This document shows, one piece after another, positions 1-9,771 of a stretch of DNA of 64,000 nucleotides. The notes beneath the pieces were generated by a model that worked only from the letters and a program-made list of their open reading frames with translations, was not told where the DNA came from and did no database searches. The stretch is from NCBI GenBank assembly GCA_946497955.1, contig CAMMMH010000005.1, forward strand, positions 7,789-71,788, given 5' to 3'. A program made the translations under genes and the position numbers. The DNA comes from an uncultured Mycoplasmatota bacterium (GTDB lineage Bacteria; Bacillota_I; Bacilli_A; RF39; UBA660). Every line of letters begins with the position of its first letter. Position 1 is the stretch's first letter.

Positions 1-118
1 GCATGTCCTATCGCTAAATATTTCATCTTTTTATCACCACTATTAGTATAACAACTTTTTTTAAAAAAATATATAAAAAGAAAAGACTATAGTGTAAATA
101 TTTGTTATAATTAATAAA

Positions 119-742
119 GTGGTGATTAAATTGAAAAAAAAAGAAAAAAAGAAATTAACAAAAAAACAAATAATTATTTTTATAATAGCTACAATAATTT
201 TAAGCATTCTATGCTATTTTATTACTATAGAAATTACTAAATCTATTATAGATCATAAAACAGTTGCAAAATGGGAAAAAGAAGATTCTTATTCAGATTT
301 AATTGAAGTAGATACAATTGATAACATTTCATTACAAGATTTAATTAATAACTTTAATGAAATTACTGATGAAGATATTAATATAGAAGATATAAATAAT
401 AACAAAATTACAATCGATAACATAGAGCTGATATTTAATTTAAAAGATGATAATAATATTAATATAGTAAGTATTAATTTCAATAATAAAAATAATAAAG
501 TAAAAGAATTAATAAGTAATATGATAATAGCAAATAATGATGATATTGATAATGATACTGTAGATCTAATATATAACAAAGTATTTGAAACACTTGGTAA
601 CACAACTAACGATGATAGTAAAACTTCAGAATTCTTTCAATATCAAGGACTAGAATTTAGTTTAAAAGAATATAAAGATAATGATTATAAGTATAGTTTT
701 AGAATAGGAAGAATTACAGAAAAAAATAAAAGTGATGAATAA
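119..742 (+). CDS. hypothetical membrane-anchored protein, Asn/Asp/Ile-rich
   Basis: 207-aa ORF. Lys-rich N-terminus, one hydrophobic helix (IIIFIIATIILSILCYFITI), low-complexity N/D-rich remainder. Start is GTG 119 or, more likely, TTG 131 preceded by GGTGA. No family recognised. Confidence 0.55.
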   Translation: MVIKLKKKEKKKLTKKQIIIFIIATIILSILCYFITIEITKSIIDHKTVAKWEKEDSYSDLIEVDTIDNISLQDLINNFNEITDEDINIEDINNNKITIDNIELIFNLKDDNNINIVSINFNNKNNKVKELISNMIIANNDDIDNDTVDLIYNKVFETLGNTTNDDSKTSEFFQYQGLEFSLKEYKDNDYKYSFRIGRITEKNKSDE

Positions 743-770
743 ATTTCAACACTTTTTTATTATCGATATT

Positions 771-1675
771 AGACTTCTTGCGAAACTAAGTATCTAAGCA
801 AAGATTATAAAAACTGCATATTATAAGAAACCTAGAATAAAATGTATTTATGCGACTTCTATACCTTTCAGACAAAATTCTAAAAATTTTTAGTTGACTA
901 TTTACGTGTTCAACTGCTATTCTAATACTAGAAATCAAAGTATTTAGTTCTTTATCTTCGCCGGTAAGTGGATTATTCTTTGATTTCTTTTTTGGTGTCA
1001 TACTATTTTTAAAATAATCTAGTATTCCTTGATATCCACTATCTGCAAGAAACTTCAATGTATCTGGCAATTCTTTAGTAGTGTTTTTAAATATGTTAAA
1101 GTCATGAACACTTCCTTTATCAAAACATACAGATACAATTTTTCTATTTTTTTCATTCATGATTATTTGTATTTTAATAGTATGTTTTTTCTTTTTACCA
1201 GAATAATATTCTTTTTGTATATCATAAACTTTAGGTCTTTGGATAGTACACTCTGTTACATCTACTAACTGTTCACTATTTTCATCTAAATCTCGTATAT
1301 CAATTACTCCTGATAGTGCTTCTTTTAATTTGTCTTCACTCCATTTTACCCAACGATGAGCATTAGATTCATCTAAACCAAACATCATTCCTAATTTGAA
1401 AAATGTAGGATAATCTCTATAATAAGTTAAAGTCATTAATAAAGTATCTTCAATATTTAAATTTGGTTTTCTTCCACCTAATTTATGCTTTTCTTCATAA
1501 GATGGTCTTAACACTTCAACTAAGATTTCAAATAGTTCTCTAGGTATTCCTACAGCCCTTTTAAATCTTCCATCTTTCATTTTTGCTAACTTTTTATACT
1601 TCATACATTTACAACTCCTTATATTATAAGGATATCATATTTTTATTATATAGTAATTAGTTTCGCAAGAAGTCT
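771..1675 (-). mobile_element. complete IS element, IS5 superfamily (DDE_Tnp_4 / Harbinger-like transposase), 905 bp
   Basis: Perfect 19-bp terminal inverted repeats: AGACTTCTTGCGAAACTAA at 771..789 and its reverse complement at 1657..1675. Identical ATT on both flanks (768..770 and 1676..1678) fits a 3-bp target-site duplication. One transposase ORF fills the element. Confidence 0.85.
786..1604 (-). CDS. IS5-superfamily DDE transposase (HTH_Tnp_4 + DDE_Tnp_4 type)
   Basis: 272 aa. N-terminal HTH region (FKRAVGIPRELFEILVEVL). DDE core pattern LVDVTECTIQRP...YYSGKKKKHTIKIQI...GSVHDFNIFK...LADSGYQG typical of DDE_Tnp_4 transposases. Confidence 0.85.
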   Translation of the reverse strand: MKYKKLAKMKDGRFKRAVGIPRELFEILVEVLRPSYEEKHKLGGRKPNLNIEDTLLMTLTYYRDYPTFFKLGMMFGLDESNAHRWVKWSEDKLKEALSGVIDIRDLDENSEQLVDVTECTIQRPKVYDIQKEYYSGKKKKHTIKIQIIMNEKNRKIVSVCFDKGSVHDFNIFKNTTKELPDTLKFLADSGYQGILDYFKNSMTPKKKSKNNPLTGEDKELNTLISSIRIAVEHVNSQLKIFRILSERYRSRINTFYSRFLIICSFYNLCLDT

Positions 1676-1832
1676 ATTATTAATCGGCTTGTATTACGTC
1701 TTATAACCGGACAGTTTTTGAAATGATATAAAAATGACCTAGAGTTTATCTAAGTCATTGTCTCTTAAAATTGAAATAAACAACCTTTTTTGATATTCTT
1801 ATTATAATCACAAAATAGAATAGAGGTTGTTT

Positions 1833-1922
1833 ATGAATAAAGTATATAATAGTCAAAATGATATTGCAAGTGAAATGAAAGAATTTTTATTAAAAGTTGT
1901 AACTATTCACAGTCTAAAGTGA
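1833..1922 (+). pseudogene. short ORF whose reading frame runs into the IS66 left end (possibly interrupted by the insertion)
   Basis: AGAGG Shine-Dalgarno 6 nt before ATG 1833. The first 22 codons (MNKVYNSQNDIASEMKEFLLKV) lie outside the IS. The frame then enters the IS end at 1899 and stops at 1920..1922. Confidence 0.3.
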
Positions 1923-3653
1923 AATAGTTACTTTTTTTCACACAATTATTCTGATAAAATCCCATAATTATATGATAAGATAATAATGAAAATAAAAGGA
2001 GTTTTAAAGATGGGAAATACATTAGGTAAATTACAAACTAGAGTTAATGAATTAGAAAAGAAGTTAGTAGAATTGCAAGATAGAAACTCTGAATTAATAG
2101 AAGAGAAGAAATCACTAACATCTAAACTAAAATATTTGGAAGAAAACTATGATAAGAAATTAGAAGCTACTTTAACTAAAGCAGTTACTAAGGCAGTTCA
2201 AGAAGTAAGCGAAAAATACGAAAAAATAATAAAAGAAAAAGATAAAAGAATATTTGAACTAGAAAAAAGACTTAATATAAATTCTAGTAATTCAAGTTTA
2301 CCTAGTAGTAAAGATCCTATATATAAATCAAAAATATGTAATTCAAGAAAAGAAACTGATAAAAGTAAAGGAGGACAAATTGGTCATAAAAAACATAAAT
2401 TAGAAAAATTTAATGATAACGAAATAACAGAAGAAGTAAATCATACTATAGATAAATGCCCTAACTGTAATAGTAAAAATATTAAAGTAACAAATATTAA
2501 AACAAGAGATGAACTGGATTTTAAAATTACTATAATAAAAAGAAGACACTATTTTAATTCCTATGTGTGTGAAAATTGTAGTAGTAAATTTAAAAGTGAG
2601 ATACCAGATAATTTACATGCAGAAAATCAATATGGTAGTGAAGTAAAGACTCTAGCCCTAAACTTACTTGATTATGGTTTTATATCTTATAATAGAGTAA
2701 GGAAAATAATAAGTGGATTTACAAATGGAGAAATAGATCCTAGTGAAGGTTATTTAGTAAAACTACAAAAGAAAGCTTCTAATACGCTTGAAGATTTTGT
2801 CTTTGATGTAAAAGAAAAAATATTAGAATCTAAATTAGATTATTGGGATGATACAGTCGTAAAAATAGGAGAAAAAGATAAAGCATGTATGAGAACATAC
2901 ACTAATGGAAAAGAAGTATTATATAAAGCTCATCTTGCAAAAGATACTGATGGTATGGATGAAGATGGTATATTGCAAAACTTACCTAGTGATTGTACTG
3001 TTATGCATGATCATTTATTACATAACTATTGTGATGATTACAGTTATAAAAACATAGAATGTAATGCACATATAACAAGAAAATTACAAAGTATAACAGA
3101 AAATACTAAACATGATTGGTCAGACAAGATGAAAGAGTTATTGGAAAGTACTTTGGCTAAAAGAGATGACTATGAAAAAAAGAAATTTAAATCTTTTAGT
3201 GAAGAAGAGATTAAAGACTTTGATAGTAAATATGATTCTATTATTAAAGATGGCTTTAAAGAGTATATAGAGTTTAAACATAAATATGAGTTTACTAAAG
3301 AAGAGAATCTATTAGAGTTTATGAGAGACTTTAAAGAGCCAATAACTGAGTGGGTTAAAAATTTTTCTTTGCCATATTCAAATAATTTATGCGAGAGATT
3401 ATTAAGAATGTTGAAGGCAAAGATAAAAATAAGTTATCAATTTCAAAATCTATCATCTGCTAAGTATTTTGCCAATATTATAACTTACACGGAAACTTGT
3501 GGTAACTATGGTGTTAATAAATATGAAGCGATAAAGAGATTATTTGATAATAACCCATATACTGTTACTGAACTTAGAAATTTAAAAATAGCCAACAATC
3601 AATAAATTGGCTGATTTTTCCAGTTATTTATTTTCTAGGCTGTGAATAGTTAC
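1899..3653 (+). mobile_element. IS66-family insertion sequence, single-ORF type, about 1.75 kb
   Basis: 14-bp inverted termini GTAACTATTCACAG (1899..1912) and CTGTGAATAGTTAC (3640..3653), beginning with the GTAA typical of IS66-family ends. Contains one IS66-type transposase. I could not see a flanking direct repeat. Confidence 0.7.
1986..3605 (+). CDS. IS66-family transposase
   Basis: N-terminal coiled coil, SSNSSLPSS...GGQIGHKKHKL motif, Cys pairs CPNCNS and CENCSS (zinc finger), catalytic-core motifs MHDH and CNAHITRKL. Likely true start is ATG 2010 (AAAGGAG 8 nt upstream). Confidence 0.85.
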   Translation: MKIKGVLKMGNTLGKLQTRVNELEKKLVELQDRNSELIEEKKSLTSKLKYLEENYDKKLEATLTKAVTKAVQEVSEKYEKIIKEKDKRIFELEKRLNINSSNSSLPSSKDPIYKSKICNSRKETDKSKGGQIGHKKHKLEKFNDNEITEEVNHTIDKCPNCNSKNIKVTNIKTRDELDFKITIIKRRHYFNSYVCENCSSKFKSEIPDNLHAENQYGSEVKTLALNLLDYGFISYNRVRKIISGFTNGEIDPSEGYLVKLQKKASNTLEDFVFDVKEKILESKLDYWDDTVVKIGEKDKACMRTYTNGKEVLYKAHLAKDTDGMDEDGILQNLPSDCTVMHDHLLHNYCDDYSYKNIECNAHITRKLQSITENTKHDWSDKMKELLESTLAKRDDYEKKKFKSFSEEEIKDFDSKYDSIIKDGFKEYIEFKHKYEFTKEENLLEFMRDFKEPITEWVKNFSLPYSNNLCERLLRMLKAKIKISYQFQNLSSAKYFANIITYTETCGNYGVNKYEAIKRLFDNNPYTVTELRNLKIANNQ

Positions 3654-3753
3654 TATTTTTCTCTTTACATCAAATTATTTTTATAGTAGTTAACTCTAAT
3701 ATAGAAAAATAAAAATTGATCCTAATATTTAAGACCAATTTTAATCATTTAAA

Positions 3754-4311
3754 TTATGCACGAGATACATATTTACCATCCTTAGTACTAACTAAGATAT
3801 CTTCATCTTGCTTAATAAATAATGGTACTTGAATAGTCATACCTGTCTCAAGTTCAGCATTTTTCATCGCACCGCTTGAAGTATTTCCTTTAACGGCATC
3901 TTCTGTCTTAACTACTTTCATAACTACTTTATCTGGTAAAGATAATCCTAACATCTCACCTTCAAAGAAAGTAATTTCTACTTCTAAGTTCTCTTTTAAG
4001 TACTTAGCATCTTCACCTATAACACTCTTATCAAGTTCTATTTGTTCATAATCTGTCATACTCATGAAATAATAAGTATCTCCCATACTATATAAGAATT
4101 GCATTGTTTTCTTAGAGATATGTGCAGTTTCCACTTTAACACCTGCATTAAATGTCTTCTCTACAATAGAACCTGTTCTTAAATTTTTCATCTTAGCTTT
4201 AACTATCGCTGCACCTTTACCTGGTTTAACATGTTGACTTTCAATTATAGTATAGATACCACCTTCAAATTGAATAGTCATACCTGGTTTAAAATCATTT
4301 GAATTAACCAT
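3754..4311 (-). CDS. efp: elongation factor P
   Basis: 185 aa. KPGMTIQFEGGIYTIIESQHVKPGKGAAIVKAKMKNLRTG is the canonical EF-P N-terminal domain with the KPGKG loop. Confidence 0.95.
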   Translation of the reverse strand: MVNSNDFKPGMTIQFEGGIYTIIESQHVKPGKGAAIVKAKMKNLRTGSIVEKTFNAGVKVETAHISKKTMQFLYSMGDTYYFMSMTDYEQIELDKSVIGEDAKYLKENLEVEITFFEGEMLGLSLPDKVVMKVVKTEDAVKGNTSSGAMKNAELETGMTIQVPLFIKQDEDILVSTKDGKYVSRA

Positions 4312-4335
4312 TCTACTTACTCCTTTCTATAATAT

Positions 4336-4360
4336 ATAACAGTCATTAAATGACTGTTAT
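4336..4360 (-). terminator. hairpin between rpmG and efp
   Basis: Perfect inverted repeat ATAACAGTCAT-TAA-ATGACTGTTAT. No clean U-run on either side, so it may be a weak terminator or a processing signal. Confidence 0.4.
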
Positions 4361-4364
4361 ATTA

Positions 4365-4532
4365 TTATTTCTTCTCTTTATGAGTTGTGTGTTTACCACA
4401 GAATTTACAATATTTACTAATCTCCATTCTTCCTGGAGTATTATTTACATTTTTCTCTTCTCTATAATTCTCATTACCACAAACTGAGCATACAAAAGTC
4501 TTCTTTTGTCTATGTCCAAGCTTTTTTGCCAT
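4365..4532 (-). CDS. rpmG: 50S ribosomal protein L33 (not in the supplied ORF track, below its size cutoff)
   Basis: My translation: MAKKLGHRQKKTFVCSVCGNENYREEKNVNNTPGRMEISKYCKFCGKHTTHKEKK. It carries the L33 pattern C-x2-C...NY...KYC-x2-C-x-KHT-x-H-x-E. GGAGGG Shine-Dalgarno upstream. Confidence 0.9.
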   Translation of the reverse strand: MAKKLGHRQKKTFVCSVCGNENYREEKNVNNTPGRMEISKYCKFCGKHTTHKEKK

Positions 4533-4559
4533 AAGTTATCCCTCCTTTTTTCTTTAGTA

Positions 4560-4588
4560 ATTTTACCAAATATTTTAAAAAGTATCAA
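4560..4588 (-). promoter_or_regulatory. sigma-A-type promoter for rpmG
   Basis: On the minus strand: TTGATA - 17 nt - TAAAAT with TG at the extended -10 position, directly downstream of the tig stop. Confidence 0.5.
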
Positions 4589-5875
4589 CTATTTATTTAA
4601 TTCTTTTAATAATTCAATAGTTTTTCTCATCTCTTGGTCATATTGTACCATTTCAATACCACCAAATTGATTTAAGAAGTCATCTAGTTCCATATTATAA
4701 CGTTCTGCTAGTCTTTTAGCTTCTTCCATAGCTTCAGCTTCACTTACTTCAATATGCTCCATATTCATAATCTCTTCAAGCATTAAACGATATAATACGT
4801 TTTGATAAGCTTCTTTTTCAAGTTGATCTCTTAAATCTTTTTCAGTAGATTTAGTAACTTGATAATATAAATCTAAACTAATTCCTTGCATAGCCATTTG
4901 TTGTTCTGTTCTTCTAAGTAGTCTATCTACTTCTTCATTAACCATCTCTTCTGGAATATCAACTTCTACATTCTTAGATACTTCTTCAAGTAGTTTATCG
5001 ATATATTTATTTTCTTCTTCCATATCTTTATTAGCTTTTATATTAGCTTCTACTTCTTTTCTAAGACTCTCTTCATCATTAACACCTTCAATACCAAGGT
5101 CAAAGAAGAAGTCTTCATCTAATTCTCTTTTTTCTTTAGTTTTAATTTCATGTACTTTTACTTTAAATGTAACTTCTTGTCCCTTTAGAGACTCTTCCAT
5201 ATAATCATCTGGGAATGTTACTTTAATATCTTTCTCATCACCTGACTTCATACCAATTAATTGTTCTTCAAAACCAGGAATAAAAGTACCACTTCCTATT
5301 TCTAGAGAATAGTTTTCTCCTTTACCACCATCAAAAGGCTCTCCATCTTTAAATCCTTCAAAGTCAATAACGGCAACATCACCGTTTTCAACTTTACCGT
5401 TTTCATCTTTATTAACTAATTCTTCATATCTTTCAAGTAAATGGTCTATTTCATGGTCGATTTCTTCTTTAGTTACTTTAACTTCGTTAGGTTTAACTCC
5501 TAAATCTCTATATTTTTTAATCTTAACTTCTGGTTTAGTTATAATTTTAAAAGTAAATGTTACACTATTTTCATCTAAACTCTTTAAATTAGGCTCAGGT
5601 TGTACAACTGGTACTAAATCATTATCTTTTAAAGCTTTAGTATAAGCATCTTGAATTACTAAGTCTGCTGCATCTAGTAAATAGTTTTGTCCAAATTTCT
5701 TATCATAGATATTCTTAGGACATTTACCTTTTCTAAAACCGTCTACTTCAACTTTTTTAACTCTATCTTTAAAAGCCTTATCAACAGCATCAGTCCACTC
5801 TTTTCCTTCTACTTTTATTTCAATATTATGATAATTTTTCTTATTTGTTTCTTTTTTAGTTTCTTTCTTTTCCAT
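4589..5875 (-). CDS. tig: trigger factor
   Basis: 428 aa. Central FKBP-type PPIase region VAVIDFEGFKDGEPFDGGKGENYSLEIGSGTFIPGFEEQLIGMKSGDEKDIKVTFPDDY. Length and architecture are typical. Confidence 0.95.
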   Translation of the reverse strand: MEKKETKKETNKKNYHNIEIKVEGKEWTDAVDKAFKDRVKKVEVDGFRKGKCPKNIYDKKFGQNYLLDAADLVIQDAYTKALKDNDLVPVVQPEPNLKSLDENSVTFTFKIITKPEVKIKKYRDLGVKPNEVKVTKEEIDHEIDHLLERYEELVNKDENGKVENGDVAVIDFEGFKDGEPFDGGKGENYSLEIGSGTFIPGFEEQLIGMKSGDEKDIKVTFPDDYMEESLKGQEVTFKVKVHEIKTKEKRELDEDFFFDLGIEGVNDEESLRKEVEANIKANKDMEEENKYIDKLLEEVSKNVEVDIPEEMVNEEVDRLLRRTEQQMAMQGISLDLYYQVTKSTEKDLRDQLEKEAYQNVLYRLMLEEIMNMEHIEVSEAEAMEEAKRLAERYNMELDDFLNQFGGIEMVQYDQEMRKTIELLKELNK

Positions 5876-5899
5876 ATTTCTTCCTCCAATACGTCTCTT

Positions 5900-5928
5900 A
5901 TTATATCTGATAAAATCAAGTTTTTCAA
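5900..5928 (-). promoter_or_regulatory. sigma-A-type promoter for tig
   Basis: On the minus strand: TTGAAA - 17 nt - TATAAT, about 25 nt upstream of the GGAGG Shine-Dalgarno of tig. Confidence 0.6.
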
Positions 5929-5990
5929 CAGTTTATTCAAATAAATTGGTAATTACTTACATTAGTCAATATCTTTGTTAATGATTACTC

Positions 5991-6024
5991 AATAAATAAC
6001 CAGAGACTTCTAAAGTTTCTCTGG
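5991..6024 (-). terminator. intrinsic terminator after the 246-aa ORF
   Basis: Stem CCAGAGA/TCTCTGG (6000..6024) followed on the minus strand by TTATTTATT. Confidence 0.5.
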
Positions 6025-6036
6025 TATATGACATAC

Positions 6037-6777
6037 TTAATTTTCTTTTTTCTTTACTAAAGTCTTAACTATATTATTTTGAGAATTATTTATTATTACA
6101 TCTTTTTCATCTTCTAAAGCAACAATTTGTCTATTGTATTCGTCCGTAAAAACTTCACTATAACTTTCAATACTACTATTTTTTATATCAATACTTCTAG
6201 CATCAGTAGAAAAATCTTTTATTTTGCAATGAACATTATCAAAACTTATTTTATTTCCTATATGAAATAAATAGTCAATATTTTTATTCATATTATTTAT
6301 TTCTAGTGGTGAATATAAAATTTCAATTCTTTGTACATCTATATTTCCATCTATACTTGTCTTAGAAGCATAATACACTACTAATGATTCATCAGTACTA
6401 TAAGTAATCTCTTTTGACTCTCTTACTTGAACACTAAATTTATCATCATCTTTTATACATACATCACTTGCTTTTACTTTAAAATTATATTTTCCGCTAT
6501 CAACAGTAATTTTAACTTCCGTATTAGGACAAGCTTCTATACACTCAGCACTTCCATCAATATCTGCTGATTTATAAAAGTGTATATAACTGATATTGTC
6601 GTTTACTTTATATTTATTATAAGCTAACTTCTCTAAATCAAAAACTTTTCCTTTTAAAAAGCCATATGTTAATGGTGTAATAATATGTATTTTATCACTA
6701 CCAGAAACTTTGTAATAAATTCTTGCAATTTTTATATACTCTTTTATAGCAGTTAAGGTTTCTTTTAATTCTCCCAT
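6037..6777 (-). CDS. hypothetical protein
   Basis: 246-aa ORF downstream of queA. No motif or family recognised. Confidence 0.6.
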   Translation of the reverse strand: MGELKETLTAIKEYIKIARIYYKVSGSDKIHIITPLTYGFLKGKVFDLEKLAYNKYKVNDNISYIHFYKSADIDGSAECIEACPNTEVKITVDSGKYNFKVKASDVCIKDDDKFSVQVRESKEITYSTDESLVVYYASKTSIDGNIDVQRIEILYSPLEINNMNKNIDYLFHIGNKISFDNVHCKIKDFSTDARSIDIKNSSIESYSEVFTDEYNRQIVALEDEKDVIINNSQNNIVKTLVKKKEN

Positions 6778-6787
6778 AGTGAACCTC

Positions 6788-7813
6788 CTATTTTATAAAC
6801 ATTGCATCTCCAAAGGAGAAGAATCTATATTTTTCTTTAACGGCAATGTTATAGGCATTTAAGATATTATCTTTTCCTGCTATAGCAGATACTAACATAA
6901 TAAGAGTTGATTTAGGTAAATGAAAATTAGTAATAAGTCCATCTATACTCTTAACTTCTTTACCTGGATAAATAAAGATATCTGTAAAGCCAGAGTCTTC
7001 CCTAAACTCTCCAAACTTACCATAAGCTGTCTCTAATGTTCTAGTAGAAGTTGTTCCAACAGCAATTATTCTTTTACCATTTTCTCTTGTTTTATTTAAA
7101 GTATCGGCAACACTCTTACTCAAAGAATAAAACTCGCTATGCATCTTATGCTTAGTAACATCTTCTACTTTTACAGGTCTAAACGTACCAAGTCCAACAT
7201 GAAGAGTTAGATATACGATATTTATACCTTTCTCTTTTATTTTTTTAAGTAACTCTTTTGTAAAATGAAGTCCTGCAGTAGGAGCAGCAGCACTACCTAC
7301 TTCTTTAGCATACACCGTTTGATATCTATCTTTATCTTCTAGTTTTTCATGAATATATGGAGGTAGTGGCATAGTACCAAGTTTATCTAATAGTTCATAG
7401 AATATTCCTTCATAACTAGCAGTAAATACTCTAATACCTTCATCTTTAACTTCAGTACATGTTAACTTTAATAAACCCTCACCAAAAGATACAACATCAC
7501 CTACATGAATACGTCTAGCAGGTTTAACTAAAGTCTCCCAAGTATCACCTTCAACATTCTTTAATAATAGAACTTCTATAACGGCTTTAGTACTCATCTT
7601 TTCACCTATTAATCTAGCAGGTAAGACTTTAGTATCATTTAATACTAAAGTGTCTCCTTTATTAAGATAATCTATAATATCATAAAAATGTTTATGTTCA
7701 ATTTCTCCTGTTTTCTTATCAAGCACCATAAGTCTTGAAGCATCTCTTTGTTTAATTGGTGTTTGAGCGATTAACTCTTCTGGTAAATTATAATCAAATT
7801 CTTCTAACTTCAT
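6788..7813 (-). CDS. queA: S-adenosylmethionine:tRNA ribosyltransferase-isomerase
   Basis: 341 aa. [19 protein letters not shown] start and [38 protein letters not shown] are the QueA signatures. Confidence 0.95.
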   Translation of the reverse strand: MKLEEFDYNLPEELIAQTPIKQRDASRLMVLDKKTGEIEHKHFYDIIDYLNKGDTLVLNDTKVLPARLIGEKMSTKAVIEVLLLKNVEGDTWETLVKPARRIHVGDVVSFGEGLLKLTCTEVKDEGIRVFTASYEGIFYELLDKLGTMPLPPYIHEKLEDKDRYQTVYAKEVGSAAAPTAGLHFTKELLKKIKEKGINIVYLTLHVGLGTFRPVKVEDVTKHKMHSEFYSLSKSVADTLNKTRENGKRIIAVGTTSTRTLETAYGKFGEFREDSGFTDIFIYPGKEVKSIDGLITNFHLPKSTLIMLVSAIAGKDNILNAYNIAVKEKYRFFSFGDAMFIK

Positions 7814-7823
7814 AAATATCCCC

Positions 7824-8843
7824 CTATTCTATATCTAGGTTAAATAAACCTCCTTGGTAGTTTATATTAAGCTCTTTATATGCTTTTTCTGTTACCATTC
7901 TACCTCTACTTGTTCTTTTTAAATAGCCTTCTTGTAAAAGATAAGGCTCTATTACATCTTCAATAGTAGATGTTTCTTCACCAATTGAAGAAGCTAGAGC
8001 ATCTATTCCTACAGGTCCTCCATTAAAGCGTTCAATAATCGCTCTTAATAGTTGATGGTCAGTCTCATCTAGTCCACTCTTACCGACTTTTAGTCTCTCT
8101 AAAGCTTTTTCCATTACTTCTAAATCAATAGATTCTTTCTTATCTACTAGAGCAAAGTCACGTACTCTTTTAAAGAGACGGTTAGCAATACGAGGAGTTC
8201 CTCTACTTCTTTTAGCAAGTTCAACTGCTGCTTCATCATCTATTGGCATATCTAAGACTCTACTTGTTCTTTTAATGATTTCCGTTAACTCTTCTGTTGT
8301 ATAGAATTTTAATTTAGAAATAATACCGAAACGGTCTCTAAGCGGTGCAGATAAATCTCCTGCTCTTGTTGTCGCTCCAACTAAAGTAAATGGAGGTAGA
8401 TCTATTTTAATACTACGAGAACTTCCTTCCCCGCCGATTATTATATCTAAAGTAAAGTCTTCCATAGCAGGATATAGTATTTCTTCAATATATCTTGGCA
8501 TTCTATGAATCTCATCTATAAATAAGACATCTCCTGGTTCAAGAGTTGATAGTATCGCTGCTAAATCCCCACTTTTTTCAATTGATGGACCACTAGCAGT
8601 TTTAATATTAACACCAAGTTCTCTTGCAATAATAAAGGCAAGTGTAGTTTTACCTAGTCCAGGAGGACCATATAATAAAACATGGTCTAATACTTCTCCT
8701 CTTATCTTACTAGCTTCTATAAAGACTCTAATATTTTCTTTAACTTCACTCTGTCCAATATATTCATCTAAGACCTCAGGTCTAATAGTATTATCTACTA
8801 CGCCATCATCTTCTAACTCTTCTCCTGTTACAACACGTTCCAT
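7824..8843 (-). CDS. ruvB: Holliday junction branch migration helicase RuvB
   Basis: Walker [12 protein letters not shown], Walker [24 protein letters not shown] sensor region. Confidence 0.95.
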   Translation of the reverse strand: MERVVTGEELEDDGVVDNTIRPEVLDEYIGQSEVKENIRVFIEASKIRGEVLDHVLLYGPPGLGKTTLAFIIARELGVNIKTASGPSIEKSGDLAAILSTLEPGDVLFIDEIHRMPRYIEEILYPAMEDFTLDIIIGGEGSSRSIKIDLPPFTLVGATTRAGDLSAPLRDRFGIISKLKFYTTEELTEIIKRTSRVLDMPIDDEAAVELAKRSRGTPRIANRLFKRVRDFALVDKKESIDLEVMEKALERLKVGKSGLDETDHQLLRAIIERFNGGPVGIDALASSIGEETSTIEDVIEPYLLQEGYLKRTSRGRMVTEKAYKELNINYQGGLFNLDIE

Positions 8844-8851
8844 TCAATCAC

Positions 8852-9412
8852 CTACTTCAATAATAATTTTAAGGCTTCTTTTATTTGGTCTTCTATACTT
8901 AAAGAATTATCTACTTTCAAGATTATACTCTTAATCTCTTTATCTTTATAACCAAGTCCAAGTAAAGCTTCTCTTAACTCTTCACTTGTATCTTTAACGA
9001 TTTCATCACCCGTAGTTAAGTCATCAAGTTTTCCTTTTAAATCAAGTATCATTTGTTTAGCAAGTTTCTCACCTATCTTAGGGAACTTCTTTAGATAAAG
9101 AATATTTTCTCTATTAATCGCATCACTAATACCATTAATAGAACCTGTAGCAATTATTGGTAGAGCCATCTTAGGTCCAAGGCCCTTAACACCAATAAGT
9201 TTTAAGAATAGTTCTTTTTCTTCTTTAGTTTTAAAGCCAAATAGGCTATGTTCATCTTCTTTTATTTGTTGATATAAATAGACTTTATAATCATTTCCCT
9301 CTTCAAAAGAGAATGGATTAGGTGTATTAATAAGATAACCTATACCATTATTTTCTAAGATGATAGCATTAGACATAACTTCTGTTACTTTTCCTATAAT
9401 ATAACTATACAC
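8852..9412 (-). CDS. ruvA: Holliday junction DNA-binding protein RuvA
   Basis: 186 aa. HhH region GVKGLGPKMALPI. Sits immediately upstream of ruvB. Confidence 0.9.
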   Translation of the reverse strand: MYSYIIGKVTEVMSNAIILENNGIGYLINTPNPFSFEEGNDYKVYLYQQIKEDEHSLFGFKTKEEKELFLKLIGVKGLGPKMALPIIATGSINGISDAINRENILYLKKFPKIGEKLAKQMILDLKGKLDDLTTGDEIVKDTSEELREALLGLGYKDKEIKSIILKVDNSLSIEDQIKEALKLLLK

Positions 9413-9770
9413 TTTTTTCTCTCCTATCTTTAATAATCAAGACTATACTTAATATAACGTTAAGAGGAACAAAGATATTAAATGAATTCATTAAAAGAAG
9501 ATCTGCTATAGTAAATATTTCTATTAAACATATAGCATATAATAATGTATTTTTCTTTTCTTTATCTTGAATTTTATAGTTGAAAAATATAAGAATTATA
9601 AATAAAACTGTAATTACTATCTTAATAATATTAAATATATTTATAAACTCATCAGTGTATTGATAATCTTCGATAAAAGCATTTATTCTAATATTACCAG
9701 TCTGAATTAGAAATAAAACTGTAGAAAGCAAATTTAATATTATATTAGCGATATATACTGTTAATTTCAT
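9405..9770 (-). CDS. small hydrophobic membrane protein, unknown function
   Basis: 121 aa with three to four predicted TM helices. Overlaps the ruvA start by 8 nt. Confidence 0.5.
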   Translation of the reverse strand: MKLTVYIANIILNLLSTVLFLIQTGNIRINAFIEDYQYTDEFINIFNIIKIVITVLFIILIFFNYKIQDKEKKNTLLYAICLIEIFTIADLLLMNSFNIFVPLNVILSIVLIIKDRREKSV

Positions 9771-9771
9771 C

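Noticed and set aside
1-26. Possible 5' end of a minus-strand gene leaving the window (ATG at 26..24, MKYLAIGH..., GGTGA-like Shine-Dalgarno at about 32..37).
   Set aside because: Only 8 codons are visible. That is too little to support a feature call or any function.
1778-1832. 9-bp inverted repeat AAACAACCT / AGGTTGTTT whose right arm covers the Shine-Dalgarno of the short ORF at 1833.
   Set aside because: The loop is about 37 nt and the stem is short and AT-rich. It could be chance, so I do not call it a regulatory element.
1891-3661. The 8-bp target-site duplication expected for an IS66-family insertion, checked here and at 42731..44270 for the second copy.
   Set aside because: Flanks are TAAAAGTT versus TATTTTTC, and GTGATTTG versus TTTTAAAA. 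There is no direct repeat, so either the true ends differ slightly from my call or the flanks have changed. I make no duplication claim.
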